Shown here one piece after another: positions 25,727-31,202 of a stretch of DNA of 31,202 nucleotides; the stretch's first letter is position 1, and each line of letters opens with the position of its first letter. Made by a program: the position numbers and the translations under genes. The stretch comes from Planctomycetota bacterium. GTDB lineage: Bacteria > Planctomycetota > GCA-002687715 > DRQF01. The stretch lies in the NCBI GenBank assembly GCA_036479435.1, contig JAZGFI010000097.1, forward strand, positions 1-31,202, given 5' to 3'. The notes beneath the pieces are model-generated. The model ran no database searches and had not been told where the DNA came from. It was given only the letters and a program-made list of their open reading frames with translations.

Positions 25727-27402
25727 GATGTCGCCCTCTTCGCGGTGAAGACAAATCCCATACCGGGCGCGGTTTCGACCGCCTCGACCTCCAGCCCCAC
25801 GCCGACCAAGATCGATCGAAGAAGCTCAGGACTCGGTGCCCGACCCGCTTCAACTTCAGCTTCGTCGACAACTCCCGCCACCAGGCCGCCCGGCACGAGC
25901 ACTCGCGCTATTTCTTTCATCGTTTCCAAAGCAGGGCGAGCGAGGATAGAGAATCCGTCGCTCAAAAAGACGGCGTGCACCTCGCTGACACCGAAAGGTA
26001 GTGCGGCATGCTGCGCCAAGGCTTCGATGCGAACGCCAGTAAGGCCTCGCAGGCGCTCGCGCGCTTCGGACGAAACGACGGCCCCCGGGAGCAGCACCCG
26101 GGTTTGTTCTCGTGCCACGGCAATGCGCGTCGACTCGCGAAAACTCCCGTTCGCGGCCGCGATCTCGACGGCCAAACCAGAGCCCGCGTAACGGCTTCGA
26201 ATGAGAGCCTCAATGAGGTCCTCAGGGACGCGCCGGGGACGGCCCGAACGGTCGCCATTTGCAACTGAATCCTCTGCGAACGACAGGTCCGGCAACTCAA
26301 CGAAATTCAAGGTCGGCACCGGAGCCAGTCCCAAGCGAGCATTCCAGACATCGATCGACGGAGCGATGTCTCCCAAAGTCGAAGCCGGTGGTCCTTCGGG
26401 CCAAGCCGACACCGCCACTCGCCACAGCAACAACGGGACCAACAAGGCAAGTCCCAAGGCCGCAAGAGGCGCCGCCTGCAAGGCGGCTGACGACCCGGCC
26501 AGGGGAATCACCAGCACGGAAATAGCCTGCCAACCCGCGGCAAAAACTCCGTAGCGAAGAACCACTCGACGTTGGCCCGCACCGATGGCCAAGTCCAAGG
26601 CCACCGCCAGTAGGCCCAACAAGACGAGGGCGATCGCCAACAGCCAAGTCAAGGTCGACGAAGCAACTCCGTTCCGCGCAAAGAGTGCAGCGACGACGAT
26701 TTGCCCCGGCCCAACTTCAGTCCAAGCTCGGGATTGGGGTCCAATGAGCCCAAACAAGATGCTCAGTGCCGACAAGCCGACATAGGGGAGGTAGCTTCGC
26801 CAGTGATGTTGTCGCCAGCGGAACTTCTGATCGCGATCCAAAAGGACCAGGTCGGCGACGATAAGGAGAGGCCCGAAAAGATAGGCCTGGCTCGTCAGAA
26901 ACAGCGCCAGGAGAAAAACTGCGAAGGCCCTCGGTCGAAATCGAGATGGCCCACGGTTCGGAAAGCGGCCCGAAGTGGGGGCCGCGCCAAATTGAAAGGC
27001 GAGGGCCCAGGCCGCCAAGGCGGCCCCGAGCCGATCGTCGAAACCCTGACTTTGAAAAGCCGTCAGGAAGACGGGGTGTACCGAGTACAAAATGCCCGCC
27101 GCCGTGGCCACGGCCCGATTCCGTGTCAAGCGCCAGGCGCCGAGGAATAAACCCCAGCCGCCAATGGCGGTGATGAAAAGACCGACCACCTCGTCTCCGC
27201 TGAGACCGCCGGCCGAGGGCATCGCCGACGACAAGAAAGTCAGCAGTCGCAACAACACGAGAGCACCAAAACCGTTCGAGTTGGCCTCAACCTCAGGCAG
27301 CATGAACAGGGCGCGTAGCCCCCAGGGAATGACAAGAGCGCCGATGGCCACCGCCATCAGCGAAGTGCCGTGCCGGCGCGCCAATGCCTTGATCTTTGAC
27401 AT
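25723..27402 (-). CDS. Polytopic membrane protein with C-terminal SAM-methyltransferase-like domain
   Basis: The N-terminal ~330 aa are highly hydrophobic, with AAGILYSVHP (GT-C/TMTC-like). The C-terminus has LPFGVSEVHAVFL...MKEIARVLVPGGLV, typical of class I methyltransferase motifs. Confidence 0.7.
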   Translation of the reverse strand: MSKIKALARRHGTSLMAVAIGALVIPWGLRALFMLPEVEANSNGFGALVLLRLLTFLSSAMPSAGGLSGDEVVGLFITAIGGWGLFLGAWRLTRNRAVATAAGILYSVHPVFLTAFQSQGFDDRLGAALAAWALAFQFGAAPTSGRFPNRGPSRFRPRAFAVFLLALFLTSQAYLFGPLLIVADLVLLDRDQKFRWRQHHWRSYLPYVGLSALSILFGLIGPQSRAWTEVGPGQIVVAALFARNGVASSTLTWLLAIALVLLGLLAVALDLAIGAGQRRVVLRYGVFAAGWQAISVLVIPLAGSSAALQAAPLAALGLALLVPLLLWRVAVSAWPEGPPASTLGDIAPSIDVWNARLGLAPVPTLNFVELPDLSFAEDSVANGDRSGRPRRVPEDLIEALIRSRYAGSGLAVEIAAANGSFRESTRIAVAREQTRVLLPGAVVSSEARERLRGLTGVRIEALAQHAALPFGVSEVHAVFLSDGFSILARPALETMKEIARVLVPGGLVAGVVDEAEVEAGRAPSPELLRSILVGVGLEVEAVETAPGMGFVFTAKRATS

Positions 27403-27517
27403 GAAGAACTCTTCGGAAGAAAAACGTCAGCCGCGGCCCGCTACCGCGGCACATCGGCACCGAAAGATCTCGGTGTCGCAGCGGGACGAACCAAGCTTGC
27501 TACCATAGGATGCCTCA

Positions 27518-29029
27518 ATGGACAGTCAAGAAAGGTGCTGCGGCATGATCACGAGGGCCTTGGTTTGCTGTTTATTGATGAGCTCAGCCCTATTGAGTCA
27601 GAGCTATCACTGGTTTGACGATTCCGGAGTTGCCAAAAGCTCAACTCGATTTCAGGACGTTCCGCGCTCGGTATGGTCTCACATGAGGTGTGAGGTCCCG
27701 CGAGCTCGGGTCCTCAGCGGCGATACGATAGAAGTCTCCGGCGGCCACGCAATCCGTTTAATCGGAGTCGATGCTCCGAACGACCGTTCCGTCGATGGTC
27801 CCAAGGCGATAGCTGCCGCGCGCGAATATTTGCGGCAACTCATCCAAAATCAGGCCTTGACGCTTCGATTTGATCGGCGGATGAAATCCGAGACCTACGA
27901 GACTTACGCCTATGTCTATGCCAAATCGAAGCTGCTGAACGAAGAGATGCTGAATAGCGGCCTCGCGCGCGCCATTCGAAAGCCCGGTACAACCCGCTTG
28001 CTGACGCGGCTTGAGAACGCGCAATCCCTCGCAAGGGCCGCCCGCCGGGGAGTTTGGTCAAAGACTGGGCACACCCCAATTCCTCGCCGCGACACAAAGC
28101 TGCCGTTCCGGGGGTTTTCCCTCGGGCTCTACTCGTCGGAACGCAATTTCGACTACCGTCCCTTCATTCGCGAAATGAAGGCCATGGGTGCCCGCGACTT
28201 GATGCTGATCACGCCTTGGTTCATGGCCACGCCCGACGTCTATTCCATCAAGCCGCGGAAGGGTCGTTCGACGCCGCTCCCAGAAGTTGCGCGCGTCGTG
28301 CGCCAAGCTCGCGAGGCGGGGTTCTCGGTCACCCTGATGCCCATCGTCTTGTTGACGAAAGCTCCCGACGACAAATGGCGCGGCAACATCAAGCCGGTTG
28401 ACCACGACGCTTGGTTTGGCGGCTACAACGAGTTCATCTGTCAATTCGCGGACTTGGCGGAGCTATCCGGCGTCGATGTCTTTTGTGTTGGTTCAGAGCT
28501 TTCGTCGATGGAGCACCACGAGGCGAAGTGGCGCGAGGTCATCGGCAACGTCAAGAGCCGTTACCGCGGTCAACTCAGCTACAGCGCCAACTGGGACCAT
28601 CTCAAGACCATCAAGTGGTGGGATCTAATGGACTACGTCGGGATGACCGGCTACCACTCGCTGACCAAAAAAAAGGACCCCAGCGTTGCCGAAATCGCCA
28701 CCGCTTGGTCCAGAATTCGCGACAACTTGGTGAAGATTGGCGAGGGCATCGGCAAGCCCTATTTCTTCACGGAACTCGGCTACGCCAGCCTCGATGGCAT
28801 CAACATGAATCCCTGGGACTACGTAAGCCCGCCCGATCTCGACGAAAAGGAACAGGCAGACTGCTACCGCGCCTGGATTAGCGCCTGGGGTCGCAAGGGC
28901 GGGCTGTTTCGCGGGGCCTTTTTCTACACTTGGTGGCGCAACAACGACGACAGCGACGCCCGCGAGTACAGCGTTCACGGCAAGCCCGCTGAGAAAATCC
29001 TCCGCGATTGGATGAAATCTGCCAAATAA
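27518..29029 (+). CDS. Exported fusion: staphylococcal-nuclease-like OB domain + glycoside hydrolase family 113-like TIM barrel
   Basis: Signal peptide, then SNase-like VLSGDT..IRLIGVDAP..AYVY..LLNEEMLNSGLA..ARRGVW, then GH113-like WRG.I, WF..Y, FCVGSEL, YSANWD, FTELGY, PWD and EQA..Y. ATG 27545 is an alternative start. Confidence 0.8.
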   Translation: MDSQERCCGMITRALVCCLLMSSALLSQSYHWFDDSGVAKSSTRFQDVPRSVWSHMRCEVPRARVLSGDTIEVSGGHAIRLIGVDAPNDRSVDGPKAIAAAREYLRQLIQNQALTLRFDRRMKSETYETYAYVYAKSKLLNEEMLNSGLARAIRKPGTTRLLTRLENAQSLARAARRGVWSKTGHTPIPRRDTKLPFRGFSLGLYSSERNFDYRPFIREMKAMGARDLMLITPWFMATPDVYSIKPRKGRSTPLPEVARVVRQAREAGFSVTLMPIVLLTKAPDDKWRGNIKPVDHDAWFGGYNEFICQFADLAELSGVDVFCVGSELSSMEHHEAKWREVIGNVKSRYRGQLSYSANWDHLKTIKWWDLMDYVGMTGYHSLTKKKDPSVAEIATAWSRIRDNLVKIGEGIGKPYFFTELGYASLDGINMNPWDYVSPPDLDEKEQADCYRAWISAWGRKGGLFRGAFFYTWWRNNDDSDAREYSVHGKPAEKILRDWMKSAK

Positions 29030-29118
29030 CATGACGGGCTGAAAAGACCGGTCCGAGTCGCAGATGAGTTTCAAAAGCTGGCGAATGCCAGACCCCCAAA
29101 ACTGTTAGAGTCCTCGCC

Positions 29119-30156
29119 ATGGCGGATGGAAGACCCAAGTCGAATAGCCCCTTCGACTCCAAGGAACGCGGTTTTTTGAGCCGCCTCTTTCGGCGTGGGC
29201 ATGTCTTGGAAGCTGGCGACCGCATCACGGGTCGCGGCGTCTACAAGATCAAAAGGGTTATCGGTGAAGGCGGCATGGGCCGCGTCTACTTGGCCGAAAA
29301 GCTTGGGGCCCATGGCTTCTCAAAGCTCATGGCGATCAAGGTCCTGCGCAAGGACCGCATTCGTCACCACTACGATGCTGCCCTGTTTTTTGAAGAAGCT
29401 CGACTAACCGGCAACCTCGTCCACCCCAACATTATCCAGACCTACCAGATGGGTGAGAAGCGCCACTTCTACTTCATCGTGATGGAGCACGTCTTTGGCG
29501 TAACGCTTCTTGAGTTCATCGAGCGCCACGCTGAACTCGGTCGCTCAATACCCATCGGCTACGGGGCGTGGATCATGAATCGCGTGCTGAGCGGTCTTCA
29601 CTACGCCCACAACAAGCACAGTCGCGACGGCGAACATCTCGGCATCGTCCACCGCGACATTTGCCCCAGCAACATCATGATTTCTTTTCGCGGAGTGCCG
29701 AAACTCTTCGACTTTGGTGTCGCGAACTTCACCGACTCCCCCGTCGACGAGAAAGTCGTCAACTTCGGCAAGTATCCCTACATGGCGCCCGAGCAGGTCC
29801 AACGCCGCGGCACCGACGCCCGCTCAGACCTCTACTCCTTAGGCCTCGTCATGTACGAGTGCTTCACCGGCAAGCTCGTTCACGAAGTCGAAAACACCGC
29901 CATGCTGCTCGAAGATTTCGAGCACAAAAACATTGTCCCACCGCACGAGCTCATTCCGGACATCCCCCAGGACTTGTCCGACCTCATCCTCAAAGCCATC
30001 AAACTTGAGCCCGAAAAGCGATTCCGCAGCGCCAAGGTCATGCGCCAAGCTTTGGACAACGTGATGTTCGCCAACTTCCTCTTCCCCGATCCGGACGACT
30101 TCGCCGACTACCTCACGGGCCTTTTCCCCGCCGCCGCCAAGCACCGCTGGTGGTAA
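29119..30156 (+). CDS. Soluble Hanks-type Ser/Thr protein kinase
   Basis: IGEGGMGRVY, AIKVL, HPNIIQ, HRDICPSNI, DFGVA, GKYPYMAPEQ and DLYSLG, with no TM segment. Confidence 0.92.
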   Translation: MADGRPKSNSPFDSKERGFLSRLFRRGHVLEAGDRITGRGVYKIKRVIGEGGMGRVYLAEKLGAHGFSKLMAIKVLRKDRIRHHYDAALFFEEARLTGNLVHPNIIQTYQMGEKRHFYFIVMEHVFGVTLLEFIERHAELGRSIPIGYGAWIMNRVLSGLHYAHNKHSRDGEHLGIVHRDICPSNIMISFRGVPKLFDFGVANFTDSPVDEKVVNFGKYPYMAPEQVQRRGTDARSDLYSLGLVMYECFTGKLVHEVENTAMLLEDFEHKNIVPPHELIPDIPQDLSDLILKAIKLEPEKRFRSAKVMRQALDNVMFANFLFPDPDDFADYLTGLFPAAAKHRWW

Positions 30157-30269
30157 CCCGCTAAATTCTGAGCTCGAGGGGGGAGACGATCGTCCGCAAT
30201 CGGCCCGCAGTCGGGTCGCGACGAGGGTGGTACTGGAAAGTGACGGCGTGGTGCCTGGCACCGAGCATG

Positions 30270-30301
30270 AAAAAGGCGCCCGCTGGGAGGCGGACGCCTT
30301 T
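30270..30301 (-). terminator. Intrinsic terminator of the selenoprotein gene (possibly bidirectional)
   Basis: Minus strand AAAGGCGTCCGC-CTCCCA-GCGGGCGCCTTTTT, a GC-rich stem ending in a U-tract about 25 nt after the TAA at 30325, between convergent genes. Confidence 0.7.
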
Positions 30302-30324
30302 AGGTTTTGCGAAGAAAGAGGCGC

Positions 30325-31197
30325 TTACAGTTCTTTTAGAGCGCTTCTTGCTTTGTCTTCGAGGCCGGTGCCCTTCAGCTTGCCCATGAGCCGCGCAAGG
30401 TTGCGCTTTTTCTGGGGGCTGTCGGAGCTAAGGACGTCGTCCAGGGCCTGCGAGGCGGCTTCGACCACAGACTTGGAGGCCGCTTCGATTTGGGCGATCA
30501 AGTCTTTGTGGAGCTTTTGCGAATTCACCTTTTTGAGCGTGGACAGGGCTTTGGCGAAGTCGCCCTTGGCCACGAGCGCTTCTGCGCTGGTCCTCGCACC
30601 GTCAATCTTTTTGACGGTCTTGCGAGCAACACCCTTGCCGTGCTCTTTAACGAGGGTCTTCCGGAAACCAGTAACGGCGTCTTCGATCGCGCCCTTGCTG
30701 CGGTAGCCCTTGCCGAACTCTTTCAGCGTGTGCGGGTTGATGATCGAGGTGTAGGGAATCGAGCCGGTGGTGTTGTACCTTCCGGCCGGACTCGACTGAA
30801 GCGCCTCGATGTCGTCGATCGTGAGGTTAGGCCACTCGACCATGTACTCTTTGTCGTCACCTTTTTTCTTGTAGGTGCCAGCCTTGGCGGCCTTTTTGTC
30901 CATTGCGGCGCGCACGCCACCGATGGACAGGACTTCGACAGTGTTCTTGTTCGCGAACTTGATGTAACCTTTATTCTGCATCACGGCAGAATGCATACCC
31001 CAGCAGGGCGGTCATTTGTAGCCGTGCGAGTGCAGCACGATCGGGACGTTGAGAAGTTTCGCTTCGGCGACGGCCGCATCCCAGCTGGTCGCGAAAGTCA
31101 CCGTTGGTTTCGGCTTGTCGTGTTTTTGGGCGGCGGCGGTGCCCGCGAGCCCACCCAGGGCCACGGCGGCCGCGAGAGCCAAAAAGATTTGACGCAT
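30325..31197 (-). CDS. Exported thioredoxin-fold selenoprotein (UxxC; in-frame TGA at 31012..31014 read as Sec62), 290 aa
   Basis: The ORFs 31012..31197 and 30325..30996 are in the same frame, joined by TGA CCG CCC TGC TGG GGT. Read through, this gives a signal peptide + SWDAAVAEAKLLNVPIVLHSHGYK-U-PPC-WGM and later GSIPYT (cis-Pro loop), a Thioredoxin_7-like pattern. A SECIS-like hairpin follows the TGA. Confidence 0.85.
30973..30992 (-). promoter_or_regulatory. Putative bacterial SECIS element
   Basis: Minus strand ATTCTGC-CGTGAT-GCAGAAT is a perfect 7-bp stem with a 6-nt loop and G at loop position 2. The stem starts after a 19-nt spacer from the in-frame UGA, and the loop starts at nt 27. 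Confidence 0.7.
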
Positions 31198-31202
31198 GTA
31201 GA

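Noticed and set aside
27430..27480. Short GC hairpins in the divergent intergenic region as an ncRNA or riboswitch
   Set aside because: The stems are short, match no RNA family I recognise, and are plausible by chance at this GC content.
30250..30271. Sigma-54 -24/-12 site (TGGCAC...) and GGTGCC-T-GGCACC palindrome
   Set aside because: The -12 element reads ATGA rather than TTGC, and the site lies between convergent gene ends with no gene to drive.
31012..31014. UGA reassigned to Trp or Gly (alternative genetic code)
   Set aside because: Many genes in the window end cleanly at TGA (several with TGATG/GTGA coupling) and use TGG for Trp. Only this TGA sits at a Cys position with a hairpin after it.
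1..31202. CRISPR array, tRNA/rRNA, transposase, integrase or defence island
   Set aside because: I saw no regularly spaced direct repeats, cloverleaf or mobile-element motifs. The SNase-like domain is exported and appears inactive, so it does not indicate a defence system.

Overview
This is a GC-rich, gene-dense window from a diderm bacterium. Its gene mix (Hanks-type Ser/Thr kinases, FHA proteins, a CRTAC1/FG-GAP gene beside an exported TPR gene, and LPS genes) suggests Planctomycetota, which is an inference. From left to right it holds: a decayed CRTAC1/FG-GAP gene and a TPR gene; a membrane desaturase; and a long minus-strand run (FHA-GAF sigma-54 activator, exported protein, membrane Ser/Thr kinase, FHA protein, TPR protein, prenol kinase, DUF92, UbiA prenyltransferase). 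Next come an LPS cluster (lpxK, two heptose-7-P kinases, heptose adenylyltransferase, waaF), a heterodimeric ABC exporter, tmk, a site-2 protease and an MFS transporter. The right part has two membrane hypotheticals, an SNase-like/GH113 fusion and a soluble Ser/Thr kinase. The best find is at the right end. Two ORFs that the track lists separately (31012..31197 and 30325..30996) are one reading frame, interrupted by a TGA at the first Cys position of a thioredoxin CxxC motif (K-U-P-P-C) and followed by a bacterial SECIS-like hairpin. This points to an exported, 290-aa thioredoxin-fold selenoprotein. The second find is a tightly coupled VTE5-like + VTE6-like + homogentisate-prenyltransferase-like trio, which looks like a prenol-salvage/prenylation pathway. 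I saw no rRNA, tRNA, CRISPR array or mobile element.
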